DNA of 64,000 bases from Narcine bancroftii (lineage: Eukaryota), in the NCBI RefSeq assembly GCF_036971445.1, contig NC_091473.1, forward strand, positions 206,522,001 through 206,586,000. Direction: 5' to 3'. Position numbers and translations under genes: made by a program. Positions 40,501 through 52,400 of this stretch are shown in pieces. The notes under the pieces were generated by a model, which made no database searches, was not told the DNA's origin, and saw only the letters and a program-made list of their open reading frames with translations. Each line of letters opens with the position of its first letter. The first letter of the stretch is position 1.

Positions 40501-42925
40501 AAATACTTCTATCAAATCCCCTCTCAACCTTATACGCTCCAAAGAATAAAGACCTAATCTGTCCAATCTCTCCCTATACACTAGATGCTTAAACCCAGGT
40601 AACATTCTGGTAAACCTTCTCTGCACTCTCACCACTCTGTTTATATCCTTCCTATAATTAGGCGACCAGAACTGCACACAAAACTCCAAATTAGGCCGCA
40701 CCAACGTCTTATACAGTCTCAACATCACCTCCCAACTCCTATATTCCATGCAATGATTGATAAAGGCCAGCATACTAAAAGTCTTCTTCACCACCCTATT
40801 CACGTGAGTTTCTACCTTCAGGGAACGATGTACCGTTACTCCTAAATCTTTCTGCTCTTCTGTATTCATCAATGCTCTCCCATTTACCACGTATGTCCTG
40901 TTCTGATTCTTCTTACCAAAATGAAGCACCTCATACTTATCAGCATTAAATTCCATCTGCCATTTTTAAGCCCACTTTTCTAAGCAGCCCAAATCTCTCT
41001 GCAATCCTTGAAAACCTTCTTCATTATCCACTATTCCACCTATCTTAGTATCGTCAGCATATCCAATTTACCACCCCATCATCTAGATCATTAATGTATA
41101 TAACGAACAACAATGGGCCCAATACAGATCCTTGAGGCACACCACTGGTCACCGGCCTCCAACCTGACAGACAATTATCCACTACCACTCTCTGGCCTCT
41201 CCCTTTCAGCCAATGTTCAATCCATTTGACTATCTCAAAATTTATACCTAAAGACTGCACCTTCTTAACTAACCTTCCATGTGGTACCTTATCGAAGGCC
41301 TTATCATAATAACAAAAGGAAAAATAGAATAAGAAAATTCTTCTTTTCATGCAAAAAATTCCAATCTCGAAGATCCCATTCCCGTTTTCCATTTTTGCCA
41401 TTTCTTCCGTTTTCAGAGTGACCACATTTTCTTTAGGAGATAATGGTGGACTACGTCTTTGTCTTCTTATATCTGGCAATGAATCAGCAAAAATCATTGC
41501 TTCACGATCAGTTTCAAAGAAACCGAAATTGATAGTCTCCATAAAACACCTTCAACACTGCAAGGTTACGAAAAATAGACTTATAACCTTTACACCACAA
41601 AACTTCTTTAACAGGATTGAATTGATGTCAACATTGAATGACCTCTTGACTCAGATCAGGATAAAAAAAAGACTCTGCTATTCTGAATCAATAATGGTGT
41701 TTGTCATTGTCTCACATTTTGTATTGCAAGTCAAAGTATTGCTTCTGTATCCAAATAACTCAAACATCAAATTATTACTGGTCTCGATGGTTCACCAGCT
41801 GACGGTGTTCTTTTTAAATCTCTATGGGCTCTTTCCAGTGCAAATCCCCCACAGAAAAAAAATCTTGCCCTAATATTTGCCGAATCCAGTCTTTAAAGAA
41901 ACGAAGTGGATCTTGTCCTTCCATACCTTCTGGCAAACCAACAAGTTTCAAATTATTCCTTCAGCTTTGATTCTCCAAATAATCTATTTTTCTTTCTTGC
42001 TCCTTCTCACATTCTCCTAATTCTATGACTGATTTTTCCACCTTCAACACTTATTCTGTGTTGGAAGTCACTTGTTGTTTACAGTCCAAAAAAGCAGTCT
42101 GAATTTTTAAAACATCTTCAAATGATGTATCAACACGAGGCTTAACCATATTTAATTCTGAATGTATACCAGCATTCGTATGAATCATTTCATTAATTTG
42201 AGATGTTAACAAAGGTTTTATAACAGCTTGAATAATTGCATTCAATTGCATACTCTGTAAGTCAGTAAAGCTCAGCTCTAATCTCTCTGAGAGTGGCAGA
42301 ACAAGGGTAACTGCAGCTCCTGCTGCAACTCAACAGAAGGCATTTTAAAAGTTTTACTGCTGGTCTGGACTCCCAGCGATGGCCCCCTGACTTCCTCAGG
42401 GGGTCGCCGCTGGTCTCCCCGGTATCCCGTTATTTTTTCATCAATTCACAAAGAAAAACGATTTATTCAGATTGAAATGCTACCTGATGCATTTCCAACA
42501 ATGGAGTCGTCTTCCTGTATGCTCCCTCCCTTGAAGTCGAAAGGCTTTCCAAATCGGGGTCCACTTCTTGGGAACACATACCTTCTTCCAGAGAATGGGT
42601 AGTTCCAGTGTCATCCTTCATTTGGTGAGCAATAGATTTTTTTCAGCCCCCACAGGCAATCTTTGGGGTTTAGACAATGATGAGATTGAGCCTGGGGCTG
42701 TATTAAGTCGTCTAGGCCCCAAATTTTCAGCACTTCTAAATAGTAACTTCTTTTGAACTTGAGGTTTAGTCCTTTTACCATTAGTGCTATAATAATTCCT
42801 TAATACTTTAAACTAAAATTTAAAAAGTTTAAACTTGAAAATAAAAGGTTAAAAAAACGGGTATTTAAAAGTCTGGCAAGAGAGGTCGAGATTGCACTTC
42901 TACGCCATCTTGCCACGCCCCCCAA
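37528..42925 (-). mobile_element. L1 LINE with intact-looking 5' end, ORF1 remnant and EN; RT largely deleted; CR1 nested inside
   Basis: The minus-strand start is GGGGGCGTGGCAAGATGGCG at about 42925. EN reads MSKLRFATFNVQGLN..IAFLQETHL, GGDFNC, SRIDFFL and SDH (39142-39849). An ORF1-like region lies at 41400-42300 and C-terminal Cys-rich fragments at 37900-38300. Confidence 0.82.
40140..41303 (-). mobile_element. CR1 LINE 3' portion nested in the L1 inter-ORF region
   Basis: ORF 40324-40956 (RPNLEFCVQFWSP, RLRGDLIEVFK) and [19 protein letters not shown], with a short (GTTAT)n tail. Confidence 0.92.
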
Positions 42926-42926
42926 A

Positions 42927-43065
42927 TCCTCGGGGTCATATGAAGAGATATCAGATTTTGCTCAAATTCTCTTCTCATGCAACACCCAGACCACAAGAAA
43001 ATTCAACAGTTTAACAGTCGGAAAAATAACAGATAGACTCTTCATTTGTATTGCACACTGTGCTG
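42927..43065 (+). pseudogene. 3' half of a TCR alpha/delta-type V segment (paralog of the 44128 V)
   Basis: SYEEISDFAQILFSCNTQTTRKFNSLTVGK..DSS..YCTLC aligns with DYEDKADFAKVRFSVKLQTTRKLTSLTISALQLRDSGIYYC. It is frameshifted near the end and abuts the L1 5' end. Confidence 0.8.
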
Positions 43066-43104
43066 CACAGCGTGGAGATCAGTTAAATATTCTGAATAAA
43101 AACG
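43066..43104 (+). promoter_or_regulatory. 23-bp-spacer recombination signal sequence
   Basis: CACAGCG - 23 bp - ATAAAAACG. Confidence 0.8.
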
Positions 43105-43973
43105 TTTATCATCTCTACAAAACTCAGTTTACCAAATTCAGTTGAATATATGTACACTCTGTGTGAGATGCGTCATTTACTTCCACCATTATAACGCTTC
43201 CCAAAGTCGTGGCTTTTCCCTCGTCCCAGGACTTTTCCGCTTCAGCCGTGATTATATTGTCTCTGGGTATAAAAAATACTTTTCAATTGTTAGTGTTTAA
43301 TTTCATATTCTTCACTCTTGTTTTTATCCATTTACTGAATGTGCAACTTGGTGCCGTTCATTCCTGCAATGAATATTAACATTCGCCCCCTCCCTCTGCA
43401 ATTACTTTTATGTTTTTGTTTTTAACTTTTGACACTCTTTGACGTGTTGAGTTTCTCCACAATAGTTTTTTTTTTGAGAAGTCCTCAAGTACTCCCGCAC
43501 AATGTTGGAGGGAAAATAAATTGATGTATGAATATTTTGTCACGGCGTTTCGATGAATATAGGGATAGCTACCAGCTTAAGGACAGATTTAAACATTTCA
43601 CCAATGTGCTCTTTGAGAAGATATTGAGAGCTCATTTGACCGAGTGGTCATACTTCACAAATGTTCTTATATTTACGCCCTTTACTTTTAACGTGAGATT
43701 TCCTCATTGTAATGAAGAGGAGGGTATATTTCCTAACATAGTTTGTGCAAGCTGAACCGTCCTACATTATGAACACTAACTGTGTTGCAGGTGGCGCGCA
43801 AAATATGTGGGTGGTGTCTTCAAAATAAACCAGGACTCGAAAACAGATCTCATTCGTTGACACTCACTCCCCGCCCAATGCCATCACAACAGACAGTAGA
43901 TTCCAGAACATACTGAAGAATGAGAAATATTCGATGAAAAGCACATAGTCGCAATATCTCCCTCATCAGCAAT

Positions 43974-44434
43974 ATGAAAGCACTTGTCATTTGGATTTTA
44001 TGTGGATCATGTCTTGCGGGTAACGTAATAGTGAACAATTTCATTAATTTACTCGAACAGGGATTCGGCATCAAATGTAATCAACTGCCAGTATAAATTA
44101 ACATTAGCTTTTTATTTTTCTATTCAGATCGCAGTTTTGGAGATTCTGTCATTCAGTCTGTGTCCTCATCAGTGAAGACAGTAGGTGAGGCTATGACTTT
44201 CAGTTGCAGCTATGACACGACACTGAGCAGCTACACTTTGTTATGGTACCAGCAGCAACAAGGGAAAAGGCCGGAGTTTATTTTGTATAAAGATACATAT
44301 GATTATGAAGATAAAGCTGATTTCGCTAAAGTACGCTTCTCTGTCAAGCTCCAGACCACAAGAAAATTAACCAGTTTAACCATTTCAGCGCTACAACTAA
44401 GAGACTCTGGAATTTATTACTGTGGCTTTACACG
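43974..44434 (+). CDS. T-cell receptor alpha/delta-type variable gene segment, apparently intact (leader 43974-44019, intron 44020-44127, V exon 44128-44434)
   Basis: Leader MKALVIWILCGSCLA with a phase-1 GT donor and a polypyrimidine/CAG acceptor. The open frame reads DRSFGDSVIQSVSSSVKTVGEAMTFSCSYDTTLSSYTLLWYQQQQGKRPEFILYKDTYDYEDKADFAKVRFSVKLQTTRKLTSLTISALQLRDSGIYYCGFT, with both canonical Cys, the Trp and the DSGIYYC motif. Confidence 0.93.
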
Positions 44435-44473
44435 CACAGTGAGTGAAATCAAATCAAACTAATTACAAAATCC
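44435..44473 (+). promoter_or_regulatory. 23-bp-spacer recombination signal sequence of the intact V
   Basis: CACAGTG - agtgaaatcaaatcaaactaatt (23 bp) - ACAAAATCC. Confidence 0.95.
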
Positions 44474-45719
44474 CCAACCTCTCCAAATCTCTATTTTCCA
44501 TCTGCAGTCAATATATAAGCGCATGTTTGGTGATTGTGGTTCCCCACCAATTTAAATTCGAGATGAATTCCTATCGTTCCCTTTGTTCTCGGTCTGTGGT
44601 TTTACTGCTCTTGCTTCATCTCACACTCTCGAATTTGTCACTCGAATGACTGTCTTTCGGTTCATAACATCTGCCCTCACAGAAGTCTTTTTTTAACTGT
44701 AGAACATTTGAATATGCTGGTGAGCTTGGCCTGATCACATATAACTGACGTAATTATTATATTTTTAACCCTACTGAAGTTTTCTTAATATCTCAGCTAC
44801 AGCCATTCCCACGTTGATCTGTTCATCCGTAGTCTTCGCCACTGACAAAATAAGGCACATTTTCAACTGCAGCAACAAAATTTAATTTCCGTTTTGTGCA
44901 GTCGAAAACAAAATGATAAGAACACTGAATTTTACAAACTCAGGAAAACAGCACCCCGAATATTCTTTCCATCTACTTCATTTCTTTACACATTTTCACC
45001 ACTCTCCACAAACCCGCTCCGCCTTTTGACATTCTCATTCCCTCAGGTTCCAAACTCAACAGCCAATATTTTCACAGGAATTTTCCTGTATCGATCTACC
45101 CTGTTATTTGCTCACAAATTTTCTCACACAACTCTTTTGATATCCTTATATTCCAGCATCGACAGGGTTTGTCTCCAATTATGACCCGCTCCATGATAGG
45201 CGATTCACCGTTCAGCAGAACGCTGTTTCTCTCTTTCCAAACTTCTTTATCTAGTAACTGCTAATCAACTGGCTATGTTTATTATCTTTAACCACCTCAG
45301 GAATAAACTCCAACTGTCTCCTCAACAATTCCTCCCACCTGTCTATATTATGCCATTTCCCTTCTGTACTGTCAGTTTGATGAGCGGATCTAGATCGAAA
45401 CGTCAAGATTCATTTATTTGACTGGCACAACTGGACCGGCTGAGCTTCTCCAGCAGATCGTTTGTTGCCAAAGCCAAGTTATCATTACAAACGATTGAAT
45501 TAATTTCAATTTGCATTATTGACCTGGATATGGGATTTAAACATCTCTGACTGATATCCGTCCATAAGATCGTACACATAAAATAATAGGATAAAGTAAT
45601 CGTACATGTAGTGGAGAATTATGAGGGAAAACGACTGTTGACTGAGAGTGAACATAAATAATATTAGAAGTAGGCTTCCCAGCCTCTCAGGCTTCATTCG
45701 CCATTTAACATGACGATTA

Positions 45720-46270
45720 TTTCACGATTATATCTGTACGTATGTGCCAAACTTTCATTCTTTGATCTTGATTTATTTTTCGAATACTCCGACCTGATCC
45801 AAACGTGTTGACACAAGAGAATGTAAGATTTAATGTGGAAAATGTTGGGTCCATTTGCGTATCGATTAAGAATAGTATATTAAAAGAATCACTAGTAGCA
45901 GCTGTCCATGGGCCACCAAATAATAACATTAGATTGGCACAGGCAATAACCAATAAATATCGAACGCATGTAAGGGTGGAAGAGCAGTTATCATGTGGGC
46001 TTTTATATGCACATTGATTGGGCGTATCAGAGGCCGCCTTGAGGACGAGATCATAGAATGAGTACCTGGTGGTTTTCGTGATCAGCGTGACCTTGTCTTG
46101 CGTTATAAGATAGGTAAAACTGATTATTTTGGAGTTAGGGATTCTATAGGAACAATTGAGCACAGTGTGATAAAACATGTTATATAACCGGATAATGTAT
46201 AGTTAGATCTAAAACAATTGTATAATGGCAAAAAAAATGGAAACTATGAGGGGAGGAGGACTTGGCTTGA
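45720..46270 (+). mobile_element. Old CR1-type endonuclease fragment
   Basis: VGSICVSIKN..SLVAAVHGPPN-like frame in ORF 45805-46017. Confidence 0.45.
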
Positions 46271-46289
46271 GAAGACTGGGGAAGCTTAA

Positions 46290-47570
46290 AATATGGAGGG
46301 ACTGTTGCAGAATAGTGGAGGACTGTCAAATCGATTTTTCACATCAAAGGTATATCTGCGGGACATTTAAACAGCTCAGGCTGGTGAAACAATGACACAG
46401 CAGATATACAACAAATCCAACAGGTTCAACAATAATTCCAAAAGGCACAACGAAGTATAGAACAACTCCAGCTGGTGTCTTACGAGCCAGGTAAAAGATG
46501 AAACCACGTCGACGGAAATCAGACTACAGGCCAAGCTGAGATGCGGGTAGTTGAGGCTTATGCTCCTTACCATCATCCTGACCAATGTATAGTTCTTGTA
46601 CAACAGGTTTGATGAATTCCAAGAAAGACCTCATCATCGTCGACACATCAGGAAGTGTTGTATTATGTGATTGACAGAAACATGACTAAACGCTGAAATT
46701 AAGTATATGGTACTGTAGCCAAAGAGCTACACGCTCCATCACAATGACCGAATACCAGCATCTGGAAAAATTAAGGAGGTGGCGCTTGTGTCATCAAAAA
46801 TTCATCGTGGTGAATAGATGCCCTGCTCCCCCATCTGAACATCTGGTGATCAGGTGTCGCCTATTCTACCTGTCAAGGGAGTTCATCGCCATCACTCTGG
46901 TCACAGCATGCATTCCACCCAGGCTAACTTTAGGCTGGCACTGGAGGGATTGAGCACTGTGATAAACTGCCATGACATAGCTCATACTGAGGCTTTCCTG
47001 ATAATTGTGGGAGATTTTAATCAGGCCAACGTGACGAAGTCTCAGAAAATCTGAATCCAGCATGCCATATGTGGCACCAGGTGAACGAAAACACCTGGTC
47101 TCTGCTCTACCACCATGAAAAAAAGCATATGGAGACATACCACTATCTCACTTCGATAAGTCTGATCACATGGCTATACTTCTACTTTCACCATACAAGC
47201 AAAGACTGAAGATAACAGGACCAGTGGTGAATTCAGCGAAGGTATGGTCAAGGGAGGCAAAAGATTTTATACAGGGCTGCTTAGAATCTGTGGACTGTAA
47301 TATATTCAATAACTCATTCATAGACTTGAAGTAAAATGTAAAAAGTGTCATAGACTTCAACAGGACCTGCATGGATGAGCTCCCCAACCAGAAATTCTGG
47401 GTGAGTCGGAGAATCCGCAAACTGGTGTGGGCAAGAGCAAGGGCATTTAAGGCCGAGGACGGAGGTCTTTACAAGAATACAGGTACGATCTGTGAAGAAA
47501 AGTGGCAATTCCGGAGGAAGCTAGAGACTGAGACAGATACACGCCAGTTATGAAACGTGTTTCAGGGCAA
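46290..47570 (+). mobile_element. Decayed Rex1/Babar LINE endonuclease region
   Basis: EHLVIRCRLFYLSREF, FLIIVGDFNQAN, KSDHMAILL and PNQKFW motifs. Confidence 0.78.
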
Positions 47571-48039
47571 GCAATGGTTTCGATATCAATGATAATTTTC
47601 AGTATAAAATTACATTATTTCCTTAATCACGTGTTAGAATGGCTGCTAATGCGAACGGTGAATAAACAGAAACGTCGACACCTTCGGAAATGACCTGTCC
47701 GAACTGAGGCACTGCCAACGTAATTGCTTTCACTGTTTTTTTCCGTGATGTGATGAGTTCACTGCTACATCTCATATGTTGAACGGACAGAAGGTATCCA
47801 ATCGGCTCGCAGATTTGAATCAACAATGAAACCAGGCGGACGTTGCTTTGATTTATCCAATATGCTTGTGGTATCTTTGTCCTCGATGAAATTACGTCAG
47901 GAAGGAAATGTGTCCAGTAATAAACTCCATTGTACTTGGAAGGAATGCCTCAATTGTATAATAATTCAACAACGTGACAGAAAAGGTTATGTTTATATTG
48001 TATGGATATGATTTTGGGAGATAAAGTATGGCAGATTTT

Positions 48040-48263
48040 TTAGTGTAGTTCTCATTTAAAATACTGGAGCTCTGATCATGCTAAACAGTCCGGCTCCGAA
48101 TGCCATTGTAAAAGCTTTAGTTAGTGCCCAAGGTTTGTTGTTTTAAAAAGCAACAGATGAAAGAACTCGGAAGATTAGGTTCGGTCTGTATGAGTGGAGG
48201 TTGCTGTCATAAGAAGGACTTGTGAAAGCATAAACAGTAAAATAGGTTATTCTCTGAGAGAGA

Positions 48264-48307
<44 letters not shown>

Positions 48308-49036
48308 GGGAATGAAAGGAGAGAGTGAGGGAGAGAGAGAGATAATTTAATTCTTCAGTTTTTGTTTCAGTTCAGCAGCAACGGCTGCCACTGGAACATG
48401 ACAAGCTGGTAAGTTTGTGGAAAAGCACTATTTTCATGATGGGTTGAAGGGTTATGAGTGCTTAGTTCAGCATGGTTAAAGCCCTTGTGGTCCATAGAAG
48501 AGGAAATGACTGGTTTCCTAATGTCTTACTTGATATAAGAGAAACAAAAAAGGATGTCTGTGGTGACCTGAGCGAAATAGTGTATCATCTGGAAAATCCT
48601 GATATTTCTTTGGAAAGACACTGTTACGGATGATTGAAAGGGGAAAGCTTGTATCTAGGAGCAAAGTATCTCACTCTGAAAACCGACAAGAACTTTCCGG
48701 AGTGGTAATCATTTACCTTTCAATCATAAAAGCCTGGTGAAATTCATGAATGTTAAATTTTATGCACAGTATAAGAATTGCCTGAAGGAATGTGAAGTGA
48801 GATTGGACTGTGAGTTGAAGAACCTTTCTGAACTTACACATACATTACATACATGTGAGCATATAATTATAAGGGGAGTTAAGTTCATTATTGGTGAAGT
48901 TAGGTTAATAGTAATAAGTTAACATTTTATACTGTTTCCATGTTTAAAGATAAATCGAAGCAACTTTTGTTTAATAATAACTTGTCATGGTGAATATCTA
49001 TTGCTGCTGGGTTAGGAGTCCTCTGGGCTCGTAACA
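48040..49036 (+). mobile_element. Solo LTR containing a (GA)n tract (family of 9861-10714)
   Basis: Ends ..gggctcgtaaca and is homologous to the minus-strand copy near 10 kb. The 5' boundary is uncertain. Confidence 0.6.
48254..48342 (+). repeat. (GA)n microsatellite, imperfect
   Basis: Directly visible. Confidence 0.95.
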
Positions 49037-49069
49037 ATCTTGTAATTTTAAACTTCATTCGCTAGCATA

Positions 49070-50480
49070 AAGACTAACGATTTCCAACGTCCTGCAGAGG
49101 GAATACTTCAAAAATTGTCACACCTCTGTATAAGGTCCGCAGATATCCATGCCAAAGTCGATCATTGGGAGCGCCGTTGTGGTGAAATTGGAGAATATCA
49201 CAGAGCTGTTGTGTGATGGTGGCAATCGGTGCTTTGAAATAACCTGTTTTCTTCCCTTAATCGCCGGCGTACTTCACCAGAATAACAATCCAGAACTTTC
49301 TCTTTTCAAAAGAACGAATCAACCCTTGCAAGAACACGACGCTATTCCTAGATTCAAGAGTAAAAATTAGCTGATGGAAGAGAAGTCCTTTTTGCAAGAA
49401 GGATTCAAACAGAAACCAATTGATCAACAGTTTCGATTCGAAGAAGTTAAGAATTGTATAAATTAAAACATAGTTGCTGTGAAAATAATGATGCCACCTC
49501 AGTAATTCGACAATACAGAGGTTTTATCACAAGATGAAAAATTCTAGCGTTCAGTCTTAACTATTCATTCCGCAATTAATATGGAGCACAGGACGTGTAA
49601 ATGTTTCTTTTTAAATTGTTACCAAGACTTAACTATATAAAACTTGATCACCTTTAGGAACGTATTTTCAAGAAGCTGCATAAAGAAAATAACCAGTTCC
49701 AGACGCTGCTGCTGCATACAGGTATGAGGTAGATGTCCAAGCGAAATTGTTTTTGTCGTTTAGCTTCATTCTAGTACACGATTGTTTCCTTTGTCTGTCA
49801 TAAGTATCATGGCAGAAAAACTCGTTGATGGAAAGGCAGGCGGGCTATTTGTCAGATATCTTTGAACAACACATTTCATCGAACAAGATTTTACAGTGTA
49901 AACACAATAAACTAACAGATAGTTTCTTTCATTTAGAAGACCTTTGGAATATTTTACAATTTCCAAGTCAGAACACGAACGGAGAGACTTGGTTGGACGA
50001 TTACATAATTGTTTGGGTTCAACACTTGAATCAAATTCACACAAATCTACAGGAAAGATTAGATTGTCTGTTAACCCTAAATATCACGCATTGGATATGA
50101 GGTCTATTTGAGGAACAATTCATTGTTGTTGATGCAGAGATTTATTAATCTTCAGAGTGATATAATTTCACACCGTAATTTGCAAAAATAGTAAACAACG
50201 AAATGGAGAAAATAACTGCAATATTGTTCCATTGCATTTCCCACAACATACTTGATTAAATGTAAAATAAACAAGGCAGTTTCCGTGAAATAATGCAGGA
50301 AGAGACTAGATATCACCAACAAGAGGTGGCTTGCGACTATCACGAACCAACGTGGAGTCTGACATCAGAACTAATTTGCACTGTACATGAAACTCAAGGA
50401 TCTCACTGTAATTTTAATGTTAGAATTATTAATTTAACGGGTATGTAAATTAACATAAACGCATCCCCCGGTTTACGCTG
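49070..50480 (+). mobile_element. hAT (Charlie/SCAND3-like) DNA transposase remnant
   Basis: LLLHTGMR*MSKRNCFCR (compare LLLHTEVRWLSKG) near 49705-49760, and GYLSDIFEQH..NKILQ (compare AYLxDIFxxLNxLNxxLQ) in ORF 49825-50100. Confidence 0.7.
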
Positions 50481-51339
50481 AAGGTTTCCTGAGTCTCGTG
50501 TGAACAAACCTTTTTAAAATATTGTTGAAATAGGTATGTTAATTTTATTATTTTTTGCTAAATTATCAGTAACAATTATTTTTCATTTTCCTCTGTTCTT
50601 CAATCACAAACCCGATTTTTACGTTCAGATTAAAAGCTTTGTTTGCTTTACAACAGGTATAACATATTTTTGTGGGTTCTATATGGTCGGTGAGAGACAA
50701 TTACGGCAGAAGCCAATTAAACCTATGGCTTCACAGGAAAAGGGATCGTAATCATTGACCAGAGCACTAAGGGGCCACTAGCAAAAATGAATGTCTGATA
50801 TACACCATTATTCACATCACACAATAACTTGTTAGAGGGAGTGTCTCGACTTCATATTTCCTAGGAGATTCAACAACTGCAGAATCTTCTTGTTTCTTTT
50901 ATAAAGCCTTAATCAATGATGAATGTGCCCCATCGATTCCCCTCATTTAGTGATATCATGGTTCTTTATAACCAAATACGAACTTACGACGAAGCAATGC
51001 ATCTGAATATGAAGATACAACAGCATTTAGGTCTCCTGTTGTGAGCAAAGTATTTAAGTGCACTTATTAAAATAACTTTGTAGTTATTCACTAGGTTATT
51101 CACTAGATTGCGAATATAGTAAATGGAGTAACATCATGTAAAATATGAAATTTGCAGATGTGAAATATACTATTGAAGTACAATATAAATTTTGCAAATA
51201 CTACCGATAGATTTGCATTAGAAAGGAGTCTATTCGTTCCTCTGCGTTTCCTTTAACCAGAGTATTTACTTTTCACTTGAATTTTGTTTCTTCCGTCAGT
51301 TCCCTGTTGAAGCAGATCCTTGTTTATATTATATTTTAG

Positions 51340-51492
51340 GTTCCTATGCTTGATGTCCATTCTCCGAAGAAAAGTAAAATAAACTGGACTATTTCAGCAT
51401 TCGGAAGCACCAAGCCAGACACCCGAGTGCCTCGTACATTGATTAACAATTATGAATTTTCCAGTGGCATTGCACTGTGGAGGGGCACAGTT
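51340..51492 (+). pseudogene. Internally deleted V-segment relic (or D-like element) ending in heptamer CACAGTT
   Basis: Acceptor ttttag, then ..FGSTKPDTRVPRT / LTIMNFPV / HCTVEG, then CACAGTT (51486-51492). CACTGTG also occurs at 51473. The nonamers are poor. Confidence 0.35.
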
Positions 51493-51849
51493 TTGTATTA
51501 AAAATGATCAAACATCGACATATGCAGATAAATATGATAAAAACAAAAATGATTGATATGTTAAACACGGAAGAGAGAGATTAATTCAAGAGAACATTCA
51601 AATTTAGAGTAAAATTTCATTTTCAGATTCATAGTCATGTGTGCCGAGAACGAGTAAGAAAAATCGTTTCACGGTCGTCTACCTAGTCAAACAAAATGCA
51701 GAAGAACCAAACAAAAAGCAATGTGAGCAGGTAAATATGGAGATATCAATTATAATATATCAGCTGCAACTCCGTTTTATTGGTGTAATGTATGTGCAAG
51801 ACTATTCGTGTATTGGTTCCGACAAACATTGATTGTTGTTAAAGATTCT

Positions 51850-52400
51850 TGCCCTTCTATATGATGTCCTCTTATTTTACTATATTCCTACGCATCCAGA
51901 CATATAACTCAATCTACGTTCATAGGCCAGCCTCTTAATCACGCTGGAATCAACCAAGTTAACCTCCTCTGCATCGCCTCCAAATCGAGAACAGCATTCC
52001 TCAATGAACGAGACCAGAACAGAACTTAGTACTCCAGATGCTGTCTTACCGGTATTTTGTACAGTTTCAACATCAGCTCCTTGTTATTAAATTCAATCCC
52101 TCCTGCAGTAAAGTCCAAAGTTCTATTTGCCTTCCTGATCGCTTGCTGCACTTGAAAACCAAGTTTATGCAATTCATGTATAATCATTCCCAAATCATCC
52201 CACTCGTCACCATGCTGCAATCATTTGAATTTATCTGATATTCCGATCTTCCATTTGTCCTAGAAAAATATGCTTCACATGTGCTAACGTTGTCTCTATC
52301 TGTCAGGCCCATGCCGACTCACCTGACCTATCTATATATTTCTGTAGATTCTCTGTACTGTCTGCTCAATTTATTGTTATCAGCATGCTTTGGCACATTC
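51850..52400 (-). mobile_element. CR1 RT 3' fragment
   Basis: DLGMIIHE..QVQQAIRKANRTL..LYKIPVRQHLEY. Confidence 0.75.

Noticed and set aside
44160-44462. Track ORF of 100 aa as a stand-alone gene
   Set aside because: It starts at an internal GTG and reads through the RSS. The real unit is the spliced leader plus V exon.
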